Below, piece by piece: positions 35,259 through 43,912 of a stretch of 64,000 nt of DNA. Each line of letters opens with the position of its first letter. Positions within the stretch are counted from its first letter, which is position 1. The position numbers and the translations under genes were made by a program. This DNA comes from Polyangiales bacterium (GTDB lineage: Bacteria > Myxococcota_A > Polyangia > Polyangiales > Houyiibacteriaceae), in contig JBGCFM010000046.1 in the NCBI GenBank assembly GCA_045106895.1, positions 1 to 64,000 of the forward strand. The letters run 5' to 3'. The notes under the pieces are model-generated. The model had not been told where the DNA came from. It ran no database searches and saw nothing but the letters and a program-made list of their open reading frames with translations.

Positions 35259-36799
35259 GAGAGGGTCTCGGCGTTTTCGGTGAGGGGTCGGGCCGTTGCT
35301 TCCGGCAAGTGCGGAGGCCAGAGGCGAAAGGTCAGGCGCGTGAAGCGCTCATCCAGGTAGAAGCCGGCGAAGAGCCAGGTGTGGAGGCGCCGCGCGAAGG
35401 CGCCGTGGGGTCGAAGTTCCACGGCACTTTCGACGGCGAAGAGCGCAGCGAAACCCGCGAGAACAGTGAGCGGCGCGGCGAGCGTGCCAAAGTGCTCCGT
35501 CGCCGGCCAAAGGGCGAAGGCTGCGGTGTGGAGCGCTGCGTAGAGAAGGGGAACCAGCGCCGCGCTGACGACGGTGGTGAAAGTGAGTGGACGCGCCAAC
35601 CACGGCACCGCAGACCACGCCACGATGAGCGAGAGGACGAGGGATTCCAGCGGAAAGCCAGCTGCCAATGACGTGACGAGGGAAGCCGTCGTGGTGACGA
35701 CGAGGGCGAGGGCCCAGCGGAGGGCGCTTGGTTTGCTCCGCGCTGCCATGGCGTTGAGGCGCCACGCATCAACGGCGGAGCCGGCGCTGAGAAACGCGTG
35801 GGCTTTGTAGAACGAGTGCGCGACGAGGTGCAAAAGGGCGAGAGGCCAGAGTCCAAGGCCACACTCGACGAGCATAAAGCCCATCTGCGCGCAGGTGGAC
35901 CACGCGAGGCCCACCTTCACGCTGACGCGAGTGCGCACGATGAGCGCCGCGAGCACTACAGTGCACGTGCCGATGGCGACGAGGACGTACTGAGCGAGAG
36001 CGGCTAGCGCCATCAACGGCGCGAGACGAATCATGAGGAAGCCGCCAAGATTGACGATGCCCGCATGCAGGAGAGCGGACACGGGGGTCGGAGCCTCCAT
36101 GACCTGAGTGAGCCACCCGTGAAACGGAAGTTGTGCGGACTTGAGGGCGGCGGCGATGACGAAGAGGAGCGCCGCGATGTGCATCTGTGTGGAGAGCTCT
36201 GTTTGCGCAGCGGCCCACTCAAGAACGCCATCGAGGTAGAGCGTGCCCGTGGCGTGCGCCGTCAGTGCCATCGCCGACCAAAGGCACACGTCCGCCAGCC
36301 GACTCACGAGGAACTTCTTGTGCGCGGCGACGAGGGCGGGCGTTCGCGTCCGGAAGAAGGTCAGGAGCTGATGCAGCGCGAGGCTCGTCAAGGTCCAGGC
36401 GCCGGCGAGGACGACGAGGTGTCCGGTCGATACGAGGGCAGAGACCGCCGCGAGGGTCAGGAGCAACCAGCGTGCGTAGTGGAGCGCTCGGGGATCCGCG
36501 TCGAGATAGTTCCGTGAGTAGCGCACGATGACGACTGCGAGAACGCAGACCAGGAGCAGCATCACGGCGCTGAGCGTATCGACGCGAATCAGCGCGTTGG
36601 CGTTCTGGGTGGAGCCGAAAGCGCTCAGGGTTGCGAAGGCAGCCGCCAGCAGCGCCGAAGTTCCCGCCGCGGCGAGGGCGACGCGAAAGGGTCTTTCCCG
36701 GCGCGAGAGCATGGCCGCGACGGCGAAGACCAAAGGAATAAGAAGTGCGCACGCTTCGGCGGGACCGGAAACCAAGGAGTCGAGAATCCAAAAGTTCAT
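35255..36799 (-). CDS. dabB: DabB/MpsA NuoL-like proton-translocating membrane subunit
   Basis: YSRNYL, AAHKKF..SRLAD, KSAQLPFHGWL.QVMEAPTPVSALLHAG, STCAQMGFM, HLVAHS.YKAH.FL; overlaps the dabA start. Confidence 0.92.
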   Translation of the reverse strand: MNFWILDSLVSGPAEACALLIPLVFAVAAMLSRRERPFRVALAAAGTSALLAAAFATLSAFGSTQNANALIRVDTLSAVMLLLVCVLAVVIVRYSRNYLDADPRALHYARWLLLTLAAVSALVSTGHLVVLAGAWTLTSLALHQLLTFFRTRTPALVAAHKKFLVSRLADVCLWSAMALTAHATGTLYLDGVLEWAAAQTELSTQMHIAALLFVIAAALKSAQLPFHGWLTQVMEAPTPVSALLHAGIVNLGGFLMIRLAPLMALAALAQYVLVAIGTCTVVLAALIVRTRVSVKVGLAWSTCAQMGFMLVECGLGLWPLALLHLVAHSFYKAHAFLSAGSAVDAWRLNAMAARSKPSALRWALALVVTTTASLVTSLAAGFPLESLVLSLIVAWSAVPWLARPLTFTTVVSAALVPLLYAALHTAAFALWPATEHFGTLAAPLTVLAGFAALFAVESAVELRPHGAFARRLHTWLFAGFYLDERFTRLTFRLWPPHLPEATARPLTENAETLS

Positions 36800-36854
36800 G
36801 TGACTGCTCTAGTGGTCTTGACCGTTCTGTAAAAACACATAATAAATATCGAAA

Positions 36855-36873
36855 CGTTCTCTTTTAGAGAACG
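36855..36873. promoter_or_regulatory. Putative LysR binding site in the dabB/LysR divergent promoter
   Basis: Perfect inverted repeat CGTTCTC-N5-GAGAACG in an AT-rich intergenic region. Confidence 0.6.
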
Positions 36874-36884
36874 CATATGCGCGT

Positions 36885-37778
36885 ATGACCTTAGACGACC
36901 TGAACTTTCATCACCTGAGGTACTTCTGGCACGTTGCGACGGACGGGAATCTGACGCGCACGGCGCGGCGTCTTCGCGTCGCGCAATCGGCGCTCTCCGC
37001 TCAGATCCGCCAGCTCGAGAGCCACTTCGACCAGCCGCTCTTCGACCGCGACGGCCGCCGTCTCGTGCTCACGGAAGCGGGGACCATCGCTCTGATGTAC
37101 GCCGAGCGGATCTTTGGTGAAGGCTCTGAACTTGTGTCGACGCTCGAGCGCGGGCGTGGGACTCAGCAGGTGTTGCGCGTCGGCGCCGTGGCGACGCTAT
37201 CCCGGAACTTCCAGCGCTCCTTCATGCAGCCCATGCTCGAGGAGGTTGGCGTTCAGCTGCGACTCGAAGCAGGAAGACTCGACGAACTCCTCGATGGTCT
37301 GGAGGCGCACACCCTGGACCTCGTTCTTTCGAACCAAGCGCCGGCGCGACCGGAGAGTCGGTTGCGCACGCATCGACTCGCGCGCCAGCCCGTGAGCATC
37401 ATCGCGTCAAAGCCGCCGCCGGGGTTTTCGTTTCCGGAAGACCTCGCGCGCTACCCCATGATCGTCCCTGGTCCGACGAGCGAAGTCCGCGCGGAGTTCG
37501 ATGCCCTCTGCGACCGCCTCCGCGTCAGCGTGCGCATCTTGGCGGAGGTCGACGATATGGCGACAATTCGTTTGCTCGCGGCGGACGCGAATGCCCTTGC
37601 GATCGTCCCCTCCGTCGTCGTTCGCGATGAACTTCGAACAGGCGTAGTTCATGAACTCTGCGTCGTCCCCGACATCGCCGAGAACTTCTATGGCATCACG
37701 CTCGCAAGGCGCTTTCAGCACCCTCTGGTGCAAACGCTCCTGGCGCGCGAAGAAGAGGAACTGCTCGCCATGGCGTAA
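36885..37778 (+). CDS. LysR family regulator (NhaR-like), divergent from dabBA
   Basis: LNFHHLRYFW.VA..G.LT..A..L...QSALS.QI..LE, LSRNFQ, AEVDDMA. Confidence 0.93.
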   Translation: MTLDDLNFHHLRYFWHVATDGNLTRTARRLRVAQSALSAQIRQLESHFDQPLFDRDGRRLVLTEAGTIALMYAERIFGEGSELVSTLERGRGTQQVLRVGAVATLSRNFQRSFMQPMLEEVGVQLRLEAGRLDELLDGLEAHTLDLVLSNQAPARPESRLRTHRLARQPVSIIASKPPPGFSFPEDLARYPMIVPGPTSEVRAEFDALCDRLRVSVRILAEVDDMATIRLLAADANALAIVPSVVVRDELRTGVVHELCVVPDIAENFYGITLARRFQHPLVQTLLAREEEELLAMA

Positions 37779-37802
37779 GCGCCAGTCTTCGTATTAGACG
37801 GA

Positions 37803-38018
37803 TCACAGGCAGCATGAGCGGTCGATGCCGAGGGCGTCGAAGGTCGTGCAGGTGTCCGTTGCGCCGTCGTTGATGTCCTCGACGATAGCGCCGCACGGGA
37901 ACATCCGCTCCGCGGTCCAGAGCACGGCGGTTCCTTGGTCGCCCCCGACGTAACGATTGACGAGGCGAGCGCCGATTTGGCCGCGGGACGGCGCCACCGG
38001 CGAGTCGTCAGGCGCCAT
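37803..38018 (-). pseudogene. Diverged orphan copy of the C-terminal ~70 aa of the upstream beta-helix lipoprotein
   Basis: MAPDDSPV..GQIGARLV.R.V.G....LW....FPCG.IV..INDGAT.TC.TF.ALG aligns by eye to PDTSPV...DVGARIV.R.V.G....LW....FPCGNIV..INDGATNTCSTFSALG. Confidence 0.7.
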
Positions 38019-38061
38019 CGGCGATGACCGCGGATACGTGCCCCGAGCTGCTTTGGGCGAG

Positions 38062-40173
38062 CTATTCGACGGCGCACATGGCGCCAACGCCCAGCGCGCT
38101 AAACGTGGAGCAGGTGTTTGTCGCGCCGTCGTTGATGCCGGGAACGATGTTGCCGCAGGGGAACGTGCCATCGTCGTTCCACAGCCGCTCGGCGGTGAGC
38201 ACCCCGTCCACGGAGCGGACGACGATTCGCGCGCCAACGTCGGCCCCGCCTCGTCCGGTGCCATTGACCGGGGAGGTGTCCGGGACGCGATGACGACAGG
38301 CGCCCACCTGCGCGTCGATGACCGTGTTGTCGCCTGCGCCATCCGCAGAGACGATGCCAGGAAACGTATTGTTCCCGTCAACGCTGAGGCTGCTTTGGTC
38401 GATGGCGACGATGCCGAACTCTTCGTTTTCGACGAGGTTGTTGAAGATATCGGCGGAGCAAGGAAGGGACGCGTTGGTGGACTGCTGGTCGACGCGAACT
38501 CCGGCGTTGAAGATGGAGTTGTTTCGCACCACCAGGCCCTCGGCGCCGCGCACGAGGATGCCGTTTCCGGATGGGCCGAGGATCACGTTGTTTTCGATAC
38601 GCATGTCGGAGAGGACTCGCTCGTCGATGGATGCGCATTCCGGCATGCTCGCGCAGCTGCTTGAGGCGACCAGCCCGTAGATGCCGCCGACGAAGACGTT
38701 ACTAAGGATGCGCGCCGAGTTGCCTTCGCCGCCTTCCCCGTCAGGGTTCAATTGGCTTGCCCGAACGTCCACGTTGTTGCCACCGCCGATGAAGACGTTG
38801 TTCTCAAAGAGGCAGTCCTCGCTGTGGTGGCAGGTAATCGCCGAGTCGCCCGTATTGGGCGCGCCGCTTACGTAGCCGCCCGCGATGTCGCTCCGGCCCC
38901 GTGGGTTGAAGTAGTTCCTTCGCGCAGTGACGCCGCGCGACCGCCAGGAGGTGATGGCGTAGCGGTGAAAGTCGTAGAACTCACTGTCCTCCACGACGAC
39001 GTTCGTCGAGTCGTTGACGGCGAAGAGGTGGGTGTTCTGCTCGCGGTTGTTTGTCGCGACAAGACCGCCGCGAAAAGTGATGTTCCGAGAACCGTAGACG
39101 GCGACGACGTTGGAGCCAGCGCCGTCAACACCGACCACGGTGAGTCCATCGAGTACGTAGGAGTCGCATTGGCGAAGGAGTACGTTGATGCCGCTCTCGC
39201 CGGCTTCCATGCGAATCGCTGCGCCACGTGGGTCCTCCGAACGGATGGTGATGGGCATCCCGGGGCTTCCCGAAGGGCAAGGCGCGCCGCCGCACGCTGT
39301 GCTCGCGGACTCACAATCGATCTGCAGGTAGCCCGTCGCTGCGTCAGCGCCGTAGTCACCGGGGAGCAGAATGAGGGTGGCGCCGGGGGTCAACCTTGAG
39401 AGCGCGAGGGAGAATGTGCGAAACGGGGCACTTCGCGAACCCTCGTCGCCGTCATCTCCGGTGGGGCTGATATAGAGCGCGTTGGTGGGCCCGGCATCGA
39501 CGACGTCTGGTCCGCCGGCGTCGGGCGAACCGGCGTCGGGCGAACCGGCGTCACTCGGAATGGCAACGCAGCCCAGTTGAGCGTCGCATCGCTCGTTCGC
39601 GCCGCAGTTGGCATCGTTTGGAACGGCGAGACACACGCCGTCTTGGCAAAGAGGCTGGACGCAGGCGGTACTCACGCTGCATGCACTGTCCGTGGTGCAC
39701 TCCGGCGGCGGGCAAAACTCGGGAGTCTCGACGGTGCAGCGCGGGTCGACGCACTCCCCGCCGAGGCAGGAATCGAAGGACGGGTTGTCGTTGGGGCAAG
39801 CGACGCCTTCGCAGTCTCGCGTAATGAGGACCGTCGCCACATTGATCTGCGAGCCGACGCTGACGGAAGCGCTCCGGGAGATCACTTCGACGCCTCCGCG
39901 CAGCAGCGTGACGGTGACCGGGGTTTGCCCGCTTGTGACCTCCGCTTGCGCCAAGCGCGCCCCGCGAACGTAGTCCGTGTCCGCGGCGGCGACGTGGTCG
40001 GAGATGAGCGCGCCATCCCCACTGCCAATGGTCAATCGAACGGCGTTGAACTCGGTCCCCGGGACGAAGTCTGTTTTCAAGTCGACGCGAAGTGTCGGGC
40101 CGTCGCTAGAGCAAGCGGCGAGAAGCGCCACGGAGACCACGAAGCAAAGCTGCAAAGGGCGAGACATGGCCAC
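38062..40173 (-). CDS. Lipoprotein: shared N-terminal module, Cys-rich linker, right-handed beta-helix (DUF1565/pectate-lyase-like)
   Basis: Lipobox LAAC; YISPTGDD...GS...PFRT; Asn-ladder repeats (ENNVF, RNNSI). Confidence 0.82.
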   Translation of the reverse strand: MAMSRPLQLCFVVSVALLAACSSDGPTLRVDLKTDFVPGTEFNAVRLTIGSGDGALISDHVAAADTDYVRGARLAQAEVTSGQTPVTVTLLRGGVEVISRSASVSVGSQINVATVLITRDCEGVACPNDNPSFDSCLGGECVDPRCTVETPEFCPPPECTTDSACSVSTACVQPLCQDGVCLAVPNDANCGANERCDAQLGCVAIPSDAGSPDAGSPDAGGPDVVDAGPTNALYISPTGDDGDEGSRSAPFRTFSLALSRLTPGATLILLPGDYGADAATGYLQIDCESASTACGGAPCPSGSPGMPITIRSEDPRGAAIRMEAGESGINVLLRQCDSYVLDGLTVVGVDGAGSNVVAVYGSRNITFRGGLVATNNREQNTHLFAVNDSTNVVVEDSEFYDFHRYAITSWRSRGVTARRNYFNPRGRSDIAGGYVSGAPNTGDSAITCHHSEDCLFENNVFIGGGNNVDVRASQLNPDGEGGEGNSARILSNVFVGGIYGLVASSSCASMPECASIDERVLSDMRIENNVILGPSGNGILVRGAEGLVVRNNSIFNAGVRVDQQSTNASLPCSADIFNNLVENEEFGIVAIDQSSLSVDGNNTFPGIVSADGAGDNTVIDAQVGACRHRVPDTSPVNGTGRGGADVGARIVVRSVDGVLTAERLWNDDGTFPCGNIVPGINDGATNTCSTFSALGVGAMCAVE

Positions 40174-40205
40174 AGCCTAGTGGTTTTTGTGGTGCCGGGC
40201 CCATT

Positions 40206-40774
40206 TTAGGGCGCGGCGGGACTGAACGCGTCGCGGAGCAACTCAAGGTTCGCCGCTCCTGCGGGTTTTGTGAGTCGCCAGCCCGCAGGGGTGCGTTCGG
40301 CGCCGACATACCAGGCGTCGCGCTGCTGGCCGGGCGTGAATCCCACGAGGACGCTGCCGCGTCCGTTGGCCAACGTGTTGCCGCTGAACCAGACAAAGAG
40401 CGCATCGTCGGCGATGTCCGAGAGCTTACGTTTGAGGTTGGCGGAGCTCGTCTGATGGCGATGGATGATGGGGCCACGCCAGACCCGCTGCTCTTGGCCC
40501 CGAACGAAGCGTCGCTCCGTGACGATGCGCGACGGCTTGAAGGGGGAATCACCGCGGGACCATCGCCGTCGCTGCCGACGCCGAAGGCGCCGCTGACTTT
40601 AGCGGAGAAGCCAAGCCACTTCGGGCCGAACCAGTTGTCGACGCGCACGAGAAAGGCAGCTTTGACGTGCGGCGTGAGCAACGCCATGATCCCATCGACG
40701 CACTTTGTGAACTCGCGGTCGTCTTTGTCGTCGTGACGCGTCCAGCGACGACGTGGCTGGTGCGCGCCGGTCAT
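40206..40774 (-). pseudogene. Hypothetical gene interrupted by a single-base frameshift in a C5 tract
   Basis: N-part ...LVRVDNWFGPKWLGFSAK...AVIPP. Adding one C at 40542-40546 continues FKPSRIV...LFVWFSGNT..NGRGSV...AWYV to TAA at 40206. Confidence 0.65.
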
Positions 40775-40806
40775 CGGCTCACCGTACTCGCCAGATGCGC
40801 CGCACA

Positions 40807-41436
40807 CTAGCGTGGTCGCGACGCGACGACGAACGCCGTGTGCTCCTTGGCCCCGACGTCCGGCTGCGCGATGTCGACGAACCCCGCCGCTTTTAGCTCA
40901 CCTTCGAATGAGCTCTTGTCGAAGACCTTCACGAGTGGCGCCTTCCCGAGCCAGCGAAGCAAAGTCACGATGGGCGTGTAGGGGACCCAGGACTCGCCGA
41001 GGCAGGGCGTGGAGGAGACGAAGAAACCGCCAGGTCTGAGGAGCCGATGAATCCTCTCTAGCGCGGCCCCTCGTTCTTCGAGGAGATGAAGGAAACTGTA
41101 GGCGCAGATGCCGTCCAGCGAAGCGTCGGGGATGGCGTCGAAGGAGTCGTCGAAGGCACCCGCGTGAAATGTGACGTTGTCAATGCTTTGCGTCTCCGCC
41201 TTCCGCCGAGCGATGCGTACCATCTCCGTGGAGACGTCGAGTCCGTGGACGTGGGCGCCGCGTGGTGCGAGGCGGAGCGCGAGGGAGCCGGTCCCGCATC
41301 CAATGTCGAGGACGACGTCTTCGGGCAGCATGAGCGATTGTGTGATCTCGATCTTACGCTCGAAGACGTCGGGAAGTTCAACAGGTTTTGCGGCGTACTC
41401 TTCAGCGAGTTCGTCCCAGAATGCAGCGTCGGTCAT
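40807..41436 (-). CDS. Class I SAM-dependent methyltransferase
   Basis: FWD..A..YA, VLDIGCGTG, GLDVS.EM, LHLL, LRPGG.F.SST.C. Confidence 0.92.
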   Translation of the reverse strand: MTDAAFWDELAEEYAAKPVELPDVFERKIEITQSLMLPEDVVLDIGCGTGSLALRLAPRGAHVHGLDVSTEMVRIARRKAETQSIDNVTFHAGAFDDSFDAIPDASLDGICAYSFLHLLEERGAALERIHRLLRPGGFFVSSTPCLGESWVPYTPIVTLLRWLGKAPLVKVFDKSSFEGELKAAGFVDIAQPDVGAKEHTAFVVASRPR

Positions 41437-41542
41437 GAGGAGCCTTTCGGGTGAACACGCAACCTAGTCTTCGTAGACGGGTCCGCTCGGAGTGAGTTCG
41501 GGACCGAGTGTCCCGTTTTCGGTCCAGTCCAACGACAGCCAC

Positions 41543-42448
41543 TTACGCGGAGTTGTTGGGGCCGGATTCTCCAACAAAGAGGGCGTTGTGGCGCCGAAAC
41601 CCCTCGACCATCGCGGCGCGAACGGCCCGCAGCCGTGCGTTGTCTCGGAGGTCCGGGTGGCTGAGCAGCCAGAGGTCAGCCACGTGCCGAAGGTCTGTGT
41701 TCTTCAGCCTGCAGAGCTCCGGCGTTGCGTCGCCGGCATAGGTCGGCAGCATGCCGATGCCGTGCCCTTCCACCACGGCCTGAGTGAGGAGCTCCACGGA
41801 GGAATAGTTGCCCCAGGGGCGAATGCGCGGATAGCTCCCGGAATTGATCAGACGCTCGTGAATCTTGCGTGTGTCGAAGGACACCCACCTCGCTGAGGTG
41901 TCCGCGGCTTCTGCGTCGAGGCGCCCCGCGTGCTCTCGCCCGACGTAGTTGCACAGGGTGAGGGGAACAAGCTTGGTCCCGATGAGGTGCTCCGGCGGCT
42001 GCATGTCCTTTCCAAGGATACGAAGAGCGATGTCGGCTTCGCGCTTGCTGAGGTCGAAAGGGCGCGAATCAGAAACGAGCGTCAGCTCGATGTCGGGGTA
42101 TCTCTGGCAAAGCTCCGCAAGCTCACGGAGGACGATGCGCGAGACGAAGTGGTCGCAGCAGGTGATGGAGACGACGCCGGAGAGGCGTTCATCTTTCCCG
42201 ACGAGGCCGCGTTCGAGCGCCGCCATCTCCGCCTCGACGCGCTCTGCGCGCGGAAGCATCTCTTCGCCCGCGGCGGTCATGACGTAGCCGTCGCGGTTGC
42301 GGTCAAAAAGACGCGCGCTGAGCTGCGCTTCCAGTGCCTCCACGCGACGTGCGACGGTGGAGTGGCTCACGCCGAGAGAAGCGCCGGCGGCACGAACAGA
42401 CCCGAGGCGGGCAAGGGCGAGGAAGTGCTGCACGTCGTTCCAGTCCAT
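41543..42448 (-). CDS. LysR family transcriptional regulator
   Basis: MDWND...FLA.AR.GS...A...LGVSHSTV.RR...LE, DLS.READIA.R. Confidence 0.93.
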   Translation of the reverse strand: MDWNDVQHFLALARLGSVRAAGASLGVSHSTVARRVEALEAQLSARLFDRNRDGYVMTAAGEEMLPRAERVEAEMAALERGLVGKDERLSGVVSITCCDHFVSRIVLRELAELCQRYPDIELTLVSDSRPFDLSKREADIALRILGKDMQPPEHLIGTKLVPLTLCNYVGREHAGRLDAEAADTSARWVSFDTRKIHERLINSGSYPRIRPWGNYSSVELLTQAVVEGHGIGMLPTYAGDATPELCRLKNTDLRHVADLWLLSHPDLRDNARLRAVRAAMVEGFRRHNALFVGESGPNNSA

Positions 42449-42532
42449 GAGTTGGGCATCCTAGCACCCTGCATTGTGCCGAGGAGCTAGGAGCCATTGC
42501 GCTCTTCGCGGAGTGGTACTAACGCGCTCAAC

Positions 42533-43912
42533 ATGTCTCTGCGCCCCCGACACGCCTTGTGGCTTCTCCCCGTTCTCGCCGCAGTTGGCGCTGGGGTCTG
42601 GCTCATGCGCACGCGGAACGGTCCGCGCGTCGACACATTTTACGCTGTTCGCCGCCCGCTCATTCAGACGCTGGTGACTTCGGGGCGCGTCGTTCATCGT
42701 CGACAGTCGGAGCTTGGGTCCACGCTTCAGAGCACCGTGGCCGAGATCCTGGTTGATGAAGGGGACACGGTGGAAGCGGACGCTCTTCTAATTCGTCTCG
42801 CCGACGATGAAGCACGGGCGGCCCTCGCAGAAGCGGAGGCGACGCTCAGCGAGGCCGACGCGCGTCTCACTGGCGCTCAAGGTGTCGGTAGGCGTCTGGC
42901 ATCACAGTCCCTTGCTCAGGCACGCATCGACGCGACACAGGCCGTCCGCGAGTACGAGCGATCCCAGGGACTCTACGAGTCCGGCGCTATCAGCGAAGCG
43001 GAACTCCAGCGGGCTCGGCGCGACCGAGACGCGACGCGGAGTCGCCGCGTCAGTGCTTCGCTCGAGGTCGCCGCGTCCGCGCCTACCGGGAGCGACGCGC
43101 AGGTGCTGCGCGCGGGGCTCGCACGGGCGCAGGCCCGTCTGAGAGCCGCCGAGGCGCGCCTTAGTCAGACGCAAATCCGCGCGCCAAGCGCGGGGAGGGT
43201 GCTCGCGCGCCACGTGGAGCGCGGAGAGGTCGTTCGACCAGGCGAAATTCTGGTCACCTTCGCCGGCGATGGGCCCCTCGAGATCGTAGTGCGACCCGAC
43301 GAGTCGAACCTGGCGCGCCTGTCCGAGGGGCAGCTCGCGTTGGTGTCTCCGGAAGCGTTTCCCGAGCGGAGAATTCGAGCGCGCGTTGCCCGCATCGCGC
43401 CATCCGTCGACCCAACGCGCGGCACCATCGAGATCGACCTCACCATCGAGGACGAAGAAGCGGCAGACGAATCGCAGTCCCCCTCAGACGATAGCGCGCA
43501 GCCGGAGGCGGGCGCCGAGGCTGACGTTGCGGAGTCCGATAACGCGGACGACGAAGTTGTCGGCGGCGACGGCGCTTCTCTTGAAGAATCAATCCCTCAG
43601 GCGCCGGGGCCCGCGGAGCGCACGCTAAGGCCGGACATGACCGTGGCCGTCGAAGTGGAAGTCGGCCGCACCGCCGACGCCCTCGTGCTCCCGACGGCGC
43701 TTGTCCGCGACCTTGGCACGAGCTCACCGTGGGTCCTCGTGGCGGACAATGGCGTGGCGGTGCGTCGCGACGTTCAGCTGGGGCTCGAAGGAGACGAGCT
43801 CGTCGAGGTGGCCGAAGGGCTCGAGGAGGACGACGCGCTCATCGCACCGGAGAGTCCCGTTGGGCCCGGCGAGCCCGTTCGTCCACGCGCTGCTCGGCCG
43901 GCGGTCGAGTAG
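42533..43912 (+). CDS. Efflux periplasmic adaptor (MacA/HlyD-like) with an acidic insertion
   Basis: N-terminal TM, V.EGD.V, coiled coil, IRAP..G.VL...VE.GE.V.PG, IAP.VD...G, LRPDMT. Confidence 0.9.
   Translation: MSLRPRHALWLLPVLAAVGAGVWLMRTRNGPRVDTFYAVRRPLIQTLVTSGRVVHRRQSELGSTLQSTVAEILVDEGDTVEADALLIRLADDEARAALAEAEATLSEADARLTGAQGVGRRLASQSLAQARIDATQAVREYERSQGLYESGAISEAELQRARRDRDATRSRRVSASLEVAASAPTGSDAQVLRAGLARAQARLRAAEARLSQTQIRAPSAGRVLARHVERGEVVRPGEILVTFAGDGPLEIVVRPDESNLARLSEGQLALVSPEAFPERRIRARVARIAPSVDPTRGTIEIDLTIEDEEAADESQSPSDDSAQPEAGAEADVAESDNADDEVVGGDGASLEESIPQAPGPAERTLRPDMTVAVEVEVGRTADALVLPTALVRDLGTSSPWVLVADNGVAVRRDVQLGLEGDELVEVAEGLEEDDALIAPESPVGPGEPVRPRAARPAVE

Noticed and set aside
35255..36799. 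nuoL of respiratory complex I
   Set aside because: No other nuo genes are present and it is coupled to a DUF2309 gene, which identifies it as DabB/MpsA.
37803..38330. Diversity-generating retroelement TR/VR pair
   Set aside because: The copies differ at all base types and by indels, and no reverse transcriptase gene is present.
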